DNA from: the human T2T-CHM13v2.0 reference genome, Homo sapiens
Strand: one strand, 5' to 3'
NCBI RefSeq assembly: GCF_009914755.1
Contig: NC_060925.1
DNA: 64,000 bases
Below are positions 47,693-64,000 of this stretch, in pieces. The first letter of the stretch is position 1, and every line of letters begins with the position of its first letter. The position numbers and the translations under genes were made by a program. The notes below the pieces were generated by a model that was not told where the DNA came from, did not search any database, and was given only the letters and a program-made list of their open reading frames with translations.

Positions 47693-50600
47693 CTTCTGAT
47701 GTGGATACGGTGATGAAGCTACAAAGTCACACTATCCTATGGCCTTGTGTTTAGATGGAGCAAAGCAACTAAAAATTGCCTCAACAATCCTGCAACTCCA
47801 GATCTTCAATTTACACTGAACACCGTACGCAATTGTTCTGGGCCCATCTTTCCAATCTATTGAAATAATAGGGACTGCATCCCCTGCTTCCATCCCCTGT
47901 TCATTCCTTCTGTGGTCTACCCACTGGGAGGGAGCGCTCAAGGGGGAAACTAGAAGTTTTAAAAAGACAGGAAAGTCTAGAGAAAGAACTAGTCAAAAAG
48001 CGAAAAATCCTCATCTGCCCAATTATTGTTTTTTTTTCCTACCACGACTCTTGCCAAAATTTGGCTGTTTCTTAGTGGAGAAAGGTGGGACATGAGAATT
48101 GGGCTGGGAACAAGGAACCCTCACATGGATCGTCAGGCTGGAGGAGTAGGTGGGCACCATACTTCCTTGGAGAAAACAGAAGCAAGCATAAGACACTGTG
48201 GAAATGAAAGGAATAAACTTATTCATGTTTAAGAGCTAGAGCCTTCCTTTTGGCTTGGGCATGACCTCTCGGATAGCTGGGAACACCGTCCCTGCTCATG
48301 TTTGGGGCGTGCTCCCCAGATACACACACGCATACCTGGCTCTCAGGGCAAGTTGCAGGTTGGCAAGTCCTGGTCAAATGCAGTGTGACTGCAGCCTCTT
48401 GAGGAGGCTCAGACTCTTGTGTTTGCAGGGATGTGCTAAGCCAGGTGCATGTGATGCCTGCCAAGCAAGGTGGAGGGTCTGGGGGTTGCTGAGTCCAGCA
48501 GCAATGGTGACTGCCACCTCCCCCACACGGGGTCTCGGCCTCTGGCTGGAGCCTTCTTTCGGCGGAGAATCAGCCTGCTCTGTGCCCCCAACGTGTTTCA
48601 GTCATGGCACCCTCAAGGGCACAGACCACGTTGGGGTAACACGTGCCCAGTTCTTAGCACAATGCCTGGCCTGTAGCAGTTCAGAAGCAGCAGTGGCTGA
48701 GAACCAGGAAGCCCTGGAGCAGACAGAGTGAGGGTCAACCTGGCTCCACACCCTGTAGAGTCACCACGGCTCTCAGAGTGTCACTTTCCCATCACAAAAG
48801 GGGGACCGATGGTTGTCAGCTCCCAGGGCAATGCTGAGGACTCAGCAAAGGAACCATACAGGGAGACGTGACCTGCTGGAACAGAAATGCTCCATGTGCA
48901 TTAACTGTCACTCTTTAGTCCAGCGAGGCTTGGGTGAAGACGGCAGAAGAATGAATCAAAGACTAGCGAGACGCACCAAGAACAGAGGTGCGCTGCCGGG
49001 GGCTGACCCTTGGGGAGGGGAGGGCCGAGGCTGATTTATCTGGCGGGCTCAGCCTCACCCTTCACTCCTCACTGAATTTCCTTGGCCATAAAGTGCCCCT
49101 TCCACCTGAGGGAGCCAGGAGGCTTGACACGTGAGGGAAGCCGCACACACTCCTCCATCGTCTTCCTAGGTCTTTCACACAAGCCGATGTCCTCCCCGCC
49201 CTTTCTGTTTTCATCTCCAAATACATGCACACAAGGTCAAGCTTCCAGGCAACTAAGGAAAAAACCTGAAGAATGGTATCTGCTTGTAGAGTAGCTAGTG
49301 ACATGGAGCGCACAATCAAGTCTCCCGCAGGAGTCTCCTCATTACGACCGTGTATACATGGGTATACACGGAAGGGTGAAGGTGCCCCACCCTCCCCGGA
49401 ACACAGTTCACACAGAGCTGCCACCAGCGCCAGCACCACCGCCCTACACTCAAGAGAGGCTGCCCGGCCCCCACCAGACAGGGGTCAGAGCTAGGAGAAT
49501 GTGCCTGGGCTGCTGGAGAACTGGGGTGCGCACTGGGCACCCCAGGGAGGGAGGGACACAGAGATGGCTAAATGGCAGCGAGCTGCGTGGCCAGAGGGCA
49601 TGCTTACTCTCTGGTGCTATTTTATGGCAACAGCTCTAAGTGCCACTTTGGTACCTGATACTCTTTATTTCTTATTGGGAGAGAATAACATACCTGCAAA
49701 GAAGGCTGAGAAATATTCTCGAAGATGAGACACACAGAAGCCACGGAGAAAAAGGGATTAAGTGATGGAGTCAAAAGTGAGAAGCCTCAGTCATGTTCCT
49801 GATAAGAACGGAAGGTATTTGGGCAGACAGCCAAGCCCGCATTGACTGACACAGGGCCGTAACAGGAGAGATTTCTTCACAGACAGAACTGTTTTCCAAA
49901 GCAAGCTGCAGAGGCCACCGGTGGGGAGGGGGCACTGGGGACACTTTCCCTGGCCACTACCTTGTGAACTTCTGGGGACTTCTTTCGTTTGGAACTCCCA
50001 CTACACAAGGCTAAGGCTTTCCACAGCCAAAGCTTGGCAAGCCCTCGCTTAAGGAAGAGGGACCAGAACCACAAAGCTGGCATGTGGGTGAAGACGGTGC
50101 CTCTGGCCTAGATCCCAGGGCACTCTGATGAGACCCCACAGCTGGCTCCACTCCCCCACCCCATCCCACTCTCCCCATACTGTGAGCTGGGGCCATCTGG
50201 GTGAGGAAATCGCTATGGTTCTTTCTGGCTCAGGGTCTGGTGTGGCCAAGGGCTTGCCCTGTCCAAATGCCCCCCAGAATAGTGGCTCCCTACCAGGCTA
50301 ACTTCAGCTTCAGTAGTTGTTAAGCTCCAAAACACCCATCTCCATCTAGGAAAAGAAAAGGACCCAGGGGGAGGGTGATGTCCCGGATCTCATAATGATT
50401 GTTTTCAGTATTCGGATCAGCAGAGAGGATTGGATATGGAAAGGAGAAAATCCCCCACAAAGTTGTCAGGTAAGTCAGGGATAAAATCCCCCGTCCTCGT
50501 GATGAATCAGGACAGCCAGTGCCCACAGCAGTTAGGACGCGGCCTCCTGCGTCAGGCAAACCCGGGTCTGCTTACCTGGGCGAACCATTGCACCACTCCA

Positions 50601-51272
50601 TCTGGGCGTGGTGACAGTCCATGCCTAACCCACAGGGATCCCTGTGAGGAGTAAGGCTCTGGGGCAGAAGGGCCACCCCAAGCCGCCTGGAAGTGTGCCT
50701 GCCTGTTAGCCACCGCTGTCATACCTTTCAAACACAGCACCTGCGAGGATGCAGGAGACAGATCTGGGAGGTACCACACCCAAGGTCACCTTTCTCCCCC
50801 ATCAGTGTCGTTGACTTGTTCTCGCCCCAATCCCAGGCAAGTGGGGAAATGTTTTTTTTTTGCCATGAATGCAGACTGGAGGAGAATGTGTGAGGCTTGC
50901 GTAGTTGCAAGGCCCCATGGCCCTCCCGGGTTTGCCCTGCTTCCTCTCAGCCTGATGCTTGGTGACCCCCCCTCACTGTTGGGGGGGCTGAGCCTGGGTC
51001 CCTGGGGAGGATGGTGACACACGGGCCACACAGGAAGGATTCAGAACCTTCCAGGCTCTGTCCTGGGGACCTGCAATCTTCTTGCTTCTTGCACGCAGCA
51101 GAGTTAACTCAATTTTGGTGACCAAGCCTCATCTGATTTAGTCAGTACTGGATGTGTTTGCTCAGAATGACCCAGCCACCAAGACTTTTCCATATGACTT
51201 GCCTGACTTTTGAAAGATGTCCCTAGTATAATGTCCCATGGACCACGGGAAGACGTTGTTCAAACTCGAGGC

Positions 51273-51584
51273 TTTTTTTTTTTTTTTTTTTTTGTGGCGG
51301 GGTGGGGGTTGGAGTCTCGCTCTGTCACCCAGGCTGGAGTGCAGTGGTGCGATCTTGGCTCACTGCAGCCTCTGCTTCCCGGATTCAAGATATTCTCCTG
51401 CTTAGCCTCCCGAGTAGCTGGGACTACAGGTGTCCACCACCACACCCAGCTAATTTTTGTATTTTTAGTAGAGATGGGGTTTCACCATATTGGCCAGGCT
51501 GGTCTCAATCTCCTGGCCTTGTGATCCGCCTGCCTCGGCCTCCCAAAGTGCTGGGATTACAGGTGTGAGCCACCGCACCTGGCC
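51273..51584 (-). mobile_element. AluS
   Basis: Alu consensus; TSD-like aaa(c/a)tcgaggct. Confidence 0.88.
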
Positions 51585-52749
51585 AAAATCGAGGCTCTTT
51601 AGGGAGCAGAGTGTGGGGAAAGACAATGAAAGTCGAATATGGAACCTGATCAAGTAGGCACCAAACAGAAACAGACATTCACTCAATGAAGTTAAATTTG
51701 CCTAAGAAGGACCTCACGGGACGCTCAACACAACTGCAGTAATGGGAAGGTCTCATAAACTCCGTGAAGCTCAGTGCAGGTTCAATTCCCTGTGAGTTGC
51801 AGGGAAATGCAGATTCTCTTTGGAGAAGCTTGGAAGTTTTTGTGGGTGTTTTGTTTTGCATAAGGCTGGGAAGCTCATTGCTCCATCTTTTTTTTCCAGA
51901 GCCTGCAGCAGAGACATCCCTCAGGGGATCGGCTTGGCTTAGTGGCTGGATCTGAGTGGAATGGGCTCTCACTTGCCATGTGTGCAGTGGTGCTTGCCAG
52001 CCCCATATACTCAGCCAGGGCCATGCTGGCTCCCTCTGTCATAAGACCACTTACGATGCTCTTTCCTCATCCCCAGGGATGGCCAGCTACTCCAAAGCCA
52101 ATCAAGAATCAACCTGAGGGCTGTTGAACCCAGGGAGATACTGGAACCAGATGCACTTCAACTAGAGTCACTCCAAAAAGCCACTTTGAATCACATCTCT
52201 AAGGCAAGGTCCAGGTCCCTGGAGGTTCTGTCAGTCCGTCCTACATGCTATTCTGTCCTTCTGGATGGAGAAGAGAAACTCTTCTCAGTCAACAGCATTC
52301 CTCCAGAGACCTGAAGTGGCCACTGAAGCCTCCCCTAGACCCGGCTCAACAGCTGCCTTTTCCCATCATGTATCAGACAACAGGTGGCTGCCATTTTAGA
52401 AACAGAGTGTTACAATGTTACAATTATTCTCTCATGACTGGGGAATGCAGCCACCCACTGCCTGTCAGAACAGCACCTCTTCCTGCTCATCTGGAATGAC
52501 ACACGACACAAACTAGAAGAAAAGAGGGAAAACCACCAGGCCGGAAGGCAGGCCTGCTAGTGTCTTCAATGAAACAGGCACCTCAAATACAACTGCACTC
52601 ATACAACTGCAACATCAAGAGGTATTTCTATTAGCCAAACTCAAAAACATTTCTTTTTTAAACTGCTCAGTGGTTTGAGACACCAAGAACAGTTAATATC
52701 ATATACACCAGATTATATAACAAAAAAAATCAAGTATTTAAAAGAGTAG

Positions 52750-53034
<285 letters not shown>

Positions 53035-53087
53035 TGACCTTTTAAACGAATTCACGTATTAACGGAGAATCAACATCTAAATAGACT

Positions 53088-53099
53088 TTTATTTTTATT
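53088..53099 (-). terminator. PGBD5 proximal poly(A) signals (two adjacent AATAAA)
   Basis: Plus strand TTTATTTTTATT = AATAAAAATAAA on the minus strand, ~1.75 kb after the stop. Confidence 0.7.
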
Positions 53100-54848
53100 T
53101 TACTTGTTTGGACAGAAAAGAAAATTCATCAGCTTTCATTAGAGTCTCCTTAAGTGTTGGAAACACATTAAACTCAGAAATAGTGGACCTTGTAGAAAAG
53201 CATCACAAATTAAAAATATATTTCTCCATGTGGTAAAAGTGCTTTCAATCCCATTAAAGGGCACAGCAAGGGTGTTTGGAAACACGATCTGAAATTTGGC
53301 CTGCAATCCGTGGCATCGATTCCAACCACAGGGCGGGGGAGTCACCATGATCTAGAGCACAGGAGCCACGTGGGGCCCGGAGCATGCGGACAGCAACACT
53401 CGCAATAACTGAGTGAGGACGAGGCCCATAGCCTGAGTAGAATAGATTCTGTATTTGTAAAAAATGAGGTGGTTACATCAACTGGGTTGAAGGGGGACTG
53501 GGTAATCCCAGAAATTCCTTGTTTCTGGTCTGTGGGGATGGTCAGATCTGCCCACCACTCTGGCACCGAGGCTTCCCTGGAGACGCATAAACCTGGGTTG
53601 GGAAAGTGCCCAGATCTGCCTGGGGGACACACGAGCCTCGCTGCCAGTGCCGGGCACGCAGCCTCTCCAGTCCTGCCGTCAGCAACCGCCTCCGGCCCTC
53701 ATGTCAAATCACACCTGACCAGAGTTGTCACCACAGTCCTGTTTTGGGGTTTTTCCAAGGCCAGCCCTGTTGTTCTGAGGGGCCACTCTGAGCAGGCAAA
53801 CACTGCCAGGGTCACTCACTACACACAGAGGAAAGACAATGAGCAAATGGCCATCGTAGAGAATTCGGTTGTGTGTTTCAGCAATGCTACTTATTTTTCA
53901 AGACAAGTAATTCTGCCAATGATGACATCTGCGACAAAGCTTAGGGCCCGCGGGCTCCCCATGCGCCTCGTGGAGAGCAACCACGTCTGTTCGGAAGCCA
54001 GCGGCCCTTCCCGGCCCTGCCACAGGCCAGAACACAGAACTGTGATCATGCAAAGAGCCGTGACTGAGGCCGGGGTCAGCGTCGGGGGTGGAGAGGAGGG
54101 GACATCTGCCTTTTACATTAGATCTGAAGCAACAGTAAGAAAATAACCTGAAGATATATTTAAAAATAAAAAATAGCATCATCCTTCACTCCAAGTTTTT
54201 GGCATTTCCCTCTCTCCCCTGCCCACCAGCTAAGCAGAGGGAATGAGCAGGAATGCCTCGTTTTTCAGAATGGGCACCCACTCCCCATTTCACCACTGTA
54301 CACCCAGGATGTGTGTCTTCTTCTAAGAGACCGGTTCAAAGGTGCTGGCATGAGGCAAATGCTGGAAAACCCTCCGGCCTCCCCTGACACCTGAGCCATT
54401 GTAACCATGCAGGGCGTCTTTGCTTCCTTCAAGTCTTGAACTTGAACCACGTCCCAGATTGCTGTAGATCTTTAGGAAGCAGGCATCTCTCTTAGAGCGT
54501 GCTCCAGCTCATTCTACCACGGGGGCCTTCCTTCACAGTCACCAGTCCACGCTGCCTCGCAAGCTCCACGGATGTCATGAGAGAATCTGCCCTTGAGAAC
54601 GTGGGTGTAAGTGCTCATCACACCGGCGGCACTGTTTCTCGAGGGAGGACATGCTCTTCTTGGAATGCAAATGAGGACAGCAACCGTCCTCTGACCAGGT
54701 CCATCCTGTCCCTCCAGAGGCCCTGTGCATCCCTCCCAGGCAGCAAGCCACACACCAGGCCGTGTCCGGGTCTCTGATGGGCAAGTTGGAACGGCAGGCT
54801 CTCCTCCTCCTCTTGCCCCTCCCTTGACCGAGTCCTGCGCCCCCAGCA

Positions 54849-55044
54849 TCAGTGGGTCGGAGAGGCATCCTCCAAGCCCAGCAGCTCTCTGACGAGTCTC
54901 TCTCCAAACTGCGCCCGGCTGTACCTCTTCACGTGGTAGGCGTCTGACATTTTGTACAGGATGTAGGCATTGTTGATGGCGATGCTGATGGCGAACCAGA
55001 ACACCTGCTGCCAGGTCTTGTTTGGTTTATGAGAAATGAAATAC
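54849..55044 (-). CDS. PGBD5: PGBD5 terminal coding exon (1 nt + 64 aa + TGA)
   Basis: Minus-strand acceptor ttccctctgtcctcAG at 55046-55045; translates [64 protein letters not shown], with the piggyBac-type W..VF...[12 protein letters not shown] motif. Not shown in the ORF track. Confidence 0.96.
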
Positions 55045-56732
55045 CTGAGGACAGAGGGAATAAGAACGGCTGACCCGATGGTTCATGGCACCCGGAGATG
55101 CATCCCAAAGGCCCCCCTCACCACAGCCCGTGAGACGCTGCAGGTTCGCCCCCGACAGAAGCAGGAGGGCTATGGGGGCAGGAGTCAGGCTTGGGATGTT
55201 AGGTGAGTTCCAGCTGGGGGTTTTGTCACAGTGAACTTCATTTAAGACCAAGGAAATGAAAACAACAAGGTTGCTGGAGTAGACCCTGAAAGCCAGGTGC
55301 CAGGTGTGCTGGGGTGGCGCACAGCCCCGGAGTGGACAGGCGCCTGCCAGCCTCTCCAGCTTCCCTGCTTGCTGAATGCTCCTTGCAAAGCTGTGCTCTG
55401 TACGTGCTGTGCAGCTGACACTCCCCCAAGGCCAAGCTCTTCCTCAGCTCCAGGCCCCTGCAGGGCATTCCCCTGCTCCCGAATGTACCTTTGCCATCCC
55501 CACCATCCCTGCAGATGAAGGCACACAGGTCACCCCTCTGGGAAGCCCACCCAGACCCTGAGAACACTGGCCTTCTTGGGAGCACTAGCCTCAGGCCTCA
55601 CTTACTGCACTGTCTTCTCCATTTGTGAGTTTGCCTCTGCACCCTGTATAAAGTATGGGAGGATCGGTATCCTCAATATCTCACTATGTCTGAAATGCCC
55701 AGCACAGAGCAGGCACGACAGACATCTACCCCACAAATGCCAGCTGCTTTAGAACAACCTCATAGAACACAGCAAGGTGCCAGTACATAGTAGGTGCTCA
55801 GTGAACTGAATGCCAATGTCTTTGTAACAACCTCATGGAATTTAGTAAGGTGCTGAGCACATAGTGGGCGTTCAACAAAGACTTGTTCAATGAATCCCCA
55901 AGGAGTGGGACTACCTTTCACACACAGGCTGAGTTTTCCAGAGAGAACCAGGTCCTTGTTTTTCCCTCTTTATCATGAAAAAGGCCAGGAAGTACAGGTT
56001 ACCCTCAAAGAAGGTTCAGTCAATATCTGATTTTGAGTTAGCCCAACCCTGTTCTAAGTGGTAAGGCTCAATCCCAGTAATTTAATAGTTTCAATGTTCA
56101 ATAGTCGTCATTTTTTGAGTTCCCATCATGGTGGCTATAATGGCACGAGGTCAGGGGTGGCATCGTGGGTGTCTGGACGTCCGCACATTGTGGATCTTGT
56201 CTATGCTGTGTGTAAACTATGCATACTATGTGTATATTGAACATGAGACCACATCTGGTGATCTAAATAGGCATCCATATTTGAGAAAATTAAGGCACCC
56301 GTGCTAGAACACATGTGACTTGGGGTAGAAGTGCCCGAGCTGATGCCCAGTGTGTTAGGGGTGTGGGGAAGGAGGACAGCAATTCAGAATAGAGGACTGG
56401 GGCAAGCGATGCCAACGGCTGGAGTTTGAGCTCACTGCTGAGGGACAGCTCAGTTCAGTAAGCAAAGGAAAGGGTGCCTCTGGGCACAGGGAATGTGAAC
56501 CCAGCATTGGGAGAGTGGAGGACACAGAGTACCTGGGCAGAGGACTTCTAGGTAAAGCCATGTGTGCACAGGCGAGGCCCAGAAGCCCAGGCTGAGGGCA
56601 GGATCTTACCTCCCAGGGTCTTCATCCTGCAGTTCTTACACTGGGGAAACTAGTGATCATCTGCCATTACATCTCTTCCGAGACGGCACAACTATGAGAG
56701 CCCTTCTGTCATGGAGGTGCCCAGCCACTTAC

Positions 56733-56838
56733 TTGCTGTATTTGTCATCGTATCTGCAGATGTAGCTCAGGTGAGCGGCAAACGCCTCCACGGCCAAGGG
56801 GCATGGGATCTCCCCACTCTTCCTTTTGATGATGACTC
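56733..56838 (-). CDS. PGBD5: PGBD5 penultimate coding exon (106 bp, phase 1/2)
   Basis: Acceptor cttgtctctcgccttcAG at 56840-56839, donor GTAAGT at 56732-56727; encodes (G)[34 protein letters not shown](K), splicing in frame to 55044. Confidence 0.96.
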
Positions 56839-57429
56839 CTGAAGGCGAGAGACAAGATAAGCCCCTTCCTCAGCACCTCCTCCTAATGCCACTTTATAAA
56901 TGTGCCTATCTTCGTCCAGCTTAGCTGCTCCCAACTTAATAATGAGCAGAGGAGGAGGAGGGGAGGGAAGAGTTGAAGAAGAACAATCAGCACCAACCAC
57001 CAGGTGCTTCAGAGGGATTGAGGAAAGCATCAGTCAGGTGAGTGCCATGGTATGCGCTGGCCCAGACACAGCACCCCAAGTCATGGGGTTTACAGGCCTG
57101 TAGGATCCTGGCAGGCCTGAAGGGGCTCTAAGCAGCATGGGGAAGGGTGCTGCATCCGACTGGGCCTTGAAAGAGTGAAAGCGGAGACAGGGCTCACTCC
57201 TCCCTCCCTCCCCCTTCTGCCAGGCTGGGTGAGGGATGCTAGGAAGAAGAGGTGGTGGCTGAGGTCAGACAGCACCATGGAGCCCTTTCCACCTGCCTTC
57301 ATCAAAGCCAAGGGGTGTCGGCAACTCGTCACCCCACACAGGGTGACTGCAGAGTCACCCCGCACAGAGCACTAGACCTCACTCCTCCCATCTAGGCTGT
57401 GGTTTTGCATCCTTTAATAAATCCCCCGA

Positions 57430-58197
<768 letters not shown>

Positions 58198-59699
58198 AAA
58201 AGGAATTAGAGGCTCAGAAGAAGGAGGAGGTTGTCCTTTTCAACCCTCCCATCCCCCAGCTCCGTCCTTTCATGCCTCCTCGAACTTTGGGGGCCCTACA
58301 CCCTCAAACACCTTTTCCTCTACTAAGTACAACTGGGAATGCATCCCAGGGGCACCGCAAAGGTCATGGCAAGATGAACAAATCCTACCAGCAGGGCCTG
58401 AGAAGCACACGGAGACCCATGAGCCCTCCTTGCCCCGCTGCCAAGCCACTGCTGGTCATTCTGGCTTCCCAGGCCTGCCCTATGCGCCACCCACCGCAGA
58501 CAACACGGAAGATGAGACGGACGCGTTCTTCCTAACAGCCACGGCCATTCGAGAGTGGCTGGAGTTGACCTACTGTTTCCTTGAACTGGCCTTCCCTCAC
58601 AGCAGCAAGGGACTATGGGCACAGTGCCATTTTTCTGTATTTTTTTTTTTAAGGCATTGGCTCACAGGATTGTGAAATTTCAGCAATACTTAAATGGACA
58701 AGGTCAAAGTCAAACGGGCATGTCCTTTGCAGGTCCACAGGAGCTTCATCTGGGGCCAGCCCCCTCCCACCCCCACAACTCTCACTGAGGGACCGTGGCT
58801 GAGGAGAGCAGGGTCGCGCAGATCTGCTTACATACACTGAGCCGGACTCTTTCCTTCTTTCCTCAGAAACAGCAGCATTTCGCATGGAAGAAACACTGGC
58901 CAGCTTGTGGGAAATTGAGCTGCCAAGGCCTGCCCTAGAGACGCAGGACCGGGGAAGGGGCCCTGGCAATGAGTTTCCTAAAGCTATCCAAGGGCCAGAA
59001 AACCATGGCGGCCCCCACACTGGAGCTTCCTCCTGGCCGGAAGACTATGGCCTCCTTCACTTGCTTATGGAGCCCCTCCTCCTGAGAGATGTTCTGCTGT
59101 CGGGAGCCTGCAGAGGGGGCGTTCTCCAGGGCTCAGCGCACCAGGCGCCAGGGAGGGCGTGCGGGCCTGCAGTGCCCAAGGACTGCCGTCTCTCTCCAAC
59201 GCCCCTCCTGAGGGTTCCTGTCCCCGGCCCCTTATCTCAGCTGCCTCTGCCTCCAAGACCGAGTAGGAGTAACCCCTTGTCACACTTGGGGCCACAGCAT
59301 GTGGCCCGTGCAGGTCTCCCATCTCCAGCTATGTTTTGATTTGCCTGACCTCCAATGACAACCTTCTCTGGGTCACAGGAGGCTCTGGCCTCTGTAGGGT
59401 TCCACTTGGATGTGAGCAGGTGAGACCATCCCTATAAAGAAATGCAAATCCCCTTAGTTCTTTTCCCGGAACTCAGGATGCCCCGCTCTGAGTCATTAGT
59501 GTCTCCGGTGAGTCATGGCCGCTCTCCGAAGATCTCGGGGTTTCCCATAGACCCGTCCCCATAGCCACCGACCTTGCAGCTTTTCACCTCCTGATTTCAG
59601 CCCAATAAGAGCAGAGGCTCCTGGACTGTCACTGTCCCAATCTACCTCACCACGGGACATGGGAGACCTTCTTTAACTCTTCATTTCTTTCCCATTCTT

Positions 59700-60160
59700 T
59701 TTCATAATTTTAAATTTAACATGGGGGTTTCAGCTTGAAACTGAGCTGTTTCCACACCAGATCTGCATCCTCTCCTTGAGCATTTCCCCAGTTTATAAAC
59801 CAGATCACCCTCCTCTCCCTATGATATTTTGGATTCTGAGGTAGTACCCCAGCTGAAAAAGGCAAGGCAGCTGTCCTGTGACATCTTCTGATTGCTAACA
59901 TTGGCAATATTAGCAAGAGGGAATCTGATAGTGACTGTCTTGACTGAGTGAATCACTGAGAATGGCGTGTATGTCATGCACAGATTCGTGGTGGACGCTG
60001 TATTCAGAGCTATATGGATCTGCACACATGTCTATCTTCTCCATGTCTGTCTCTGTGATGTTCAAGATCGACATGGCCCTGTCTTCCCATTCTAACAGTT
60101 GTTCTGTCTTAGCACCTTCCTCGGCTGTTAGTGGCTTGACTGACATTCCTGCTACCTTTC
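59700..60160 (-). mobile_element. Possible ancient RTE-clade (L4/MamRTE-like) endonuclease fossil
   Basis: Frameshifted peptides RNVS / GAKTEQL..ILNITET / VTIRF / WGNA resemble APE-endonuclease motifs in the expected order. Confidence 0.35.
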
Positions 60161-60359
60161 TGCAAATTTAAGTGAATGAATCAAGACCTGACTCATATTC
60201 ATATGCAGACATTCTGCCTTCCCATTAGTCTTAGTGAATGTGAATCCTAAATGGGCAGACTCCAGGAGGAAGATGACAGACCCAAGGTGGATTTCGAAAG
60301 AAAAGCAAAAGGGTTTGGTTCACAATGGGAATATCCCTTGACATGTGACAGCATTTAAC

Positions 60360-61950
<1,591 letters not shown>

Positions 61951-62526
61951 TCTTCATGCAAAAAAGAACTCTAAGATGTGAACCCCAAAACAGATTTCCT
62001 GGGGAGGAGCAGCTATGAACTTTACCTTCCCCCAGGCAATTTCCCACTCATTCCAGCTACACCCAGGTCTGTGCCCACCTGAAGCACCCACCTGAAGTGC
62101 TCACTGAGCAAGTGTGAACTTCCCTGGGAGTGCTTTCTAGAGGTACTGGGGAGGGGACCAGGGTCCCTGGAGTGGGGAGGGGGGCTACAGTGATGCTGTG
62201 GTCATTCCTTGGGATTTTTAAGGGACGCTAGGATTCTGAACTTTATGATGTAAAATAGAATACTTTGGATCCAGAAATTGTAAGTACATTAAACATGAAC
62301 ACTAAATTTCAACAGATTTAAAAATCAATTGCCCATCAATATCCTCCTTACATGCTCCTTTGGTGTCTGCTTTAAGAGCTCCAACCCTTAAAATTAGCCT
62401 TTTAACATTTGTCATCTTAAATCCTGGAGAGGATTTTGAACCTCTCCAGCCTCATTCTTTTCTCTTCATTATCTGCTTTCACTGAGCTCAGATGAATGTG
62501 ATGTCCTGCCTTGAGATACCTTTTCA

Positions 62527-63217
<691 letters not shown>

Positions 63218-63399
63218 CAAACCTTTCTTCAACTGATCCTAGACACAGCACTCAAGAGCACAGCTCCCTGCAATCCTCTACAACCAAATCGAGTATTGAT
63301 GCCCATCTGCTGGGGTCCCTCGATCGCAATCTCCACTGAGGCGTGATGCAACTTAAGCTGGCAGGAGGTGAAGGATGGGAATAAACTAGCAACATACAT

Positions 63400-64000
63400 T
63401 AAACATAGATGCACAGACTGTACCGCAGAAACATACACACCACACACACCACACACACACCACACACACCACACACACACACACACCATACCCATAACAT
63501 AGACATGCACGTGTATACACACCACACAAACATACAGACTACACACACCACACTATGTAAACATACATATACACACACCACACAGACCACACCATGCCCA
63601 TAACATAGACAAACACGTGTATACACACCACACAACATACAGACCACACACACCATACAAACTTACCACACAACAATACACACACACCACACCCACCATA
63701 CCACACATACCATACCACATACACACTCCACACCACAGTACACCACACCAATATAGACACACACCACACCCACTATACCACACATACCATACCACATACA
63801 CACTCCACACCACAGTACACCGCGCCAATATATACACACACCACACCCACCATACCACAAATACATATCACATACACACTCCACACCAAATATATACACA
63901 CGCACATCACAGAAACATACGTATCACATACTCCACACCGCATACAACACACCAACATAGACACACACACCACACCCACCATACCACACATACCATACCA
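63400..64000. repeat. (CACAC/CATAC)-rich minisatellite running off the window end
   Basis: Direct reading. Confidence 0.92.

Overview
Human (primate) genomic DNA, recognisable from the encoded peptides as the GALNT2 / PGBD5 locus (1q42.13). The + strand carries the last two coding exons of GALNT2 (C-terminal ricin-B lectin domain, 6041-6160 and 10822-10977) and its ~2.7 kb 3'UTR (AATAAA at 13618). The - strand carries, convergently, the last two coding exons of the domesticated piggyBac transposase PGBD5 (56838-56733 and 55044-54849), with a 3'UTR that has proximal (~53.1 kb) and probable distal (~45.9-46.1 kb) poly(A) sites. The ~32 kb intergenic region and introns are mostly interspersed repeats: about 30 Alus, MaLR/ERV1 LTRs, hAT and mariner MITEs, and a 2.6 kb L1PA3-like element with a twin-priming 5' inversion. 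There are also several tandem arrays. Almost all ORFs in the six-frame track are repeat-derived or spurious. The most noteworthy unexplained signals are: (i) a 91-aa +1-frame extension directly behind the PGBD5 stop (CAC-UGA-U) with a basic NLS-like patch and 8 Cys/5 His, recalling the Cys-rich domain PGBD5 lacks (speculative); (ii) four short non-tandem direct duplications 0.7-1.7 kb apart that look like templated-insertion repair scars; (iii) a MADE1 hairpin with complementary changes in both arms; (iv) a putative ancient RTE-like endonuclease fossil in a PGBD5 intron. Repeat family names come from recalled consensus sequences, not a database search, and repeat boundaries are approximate.
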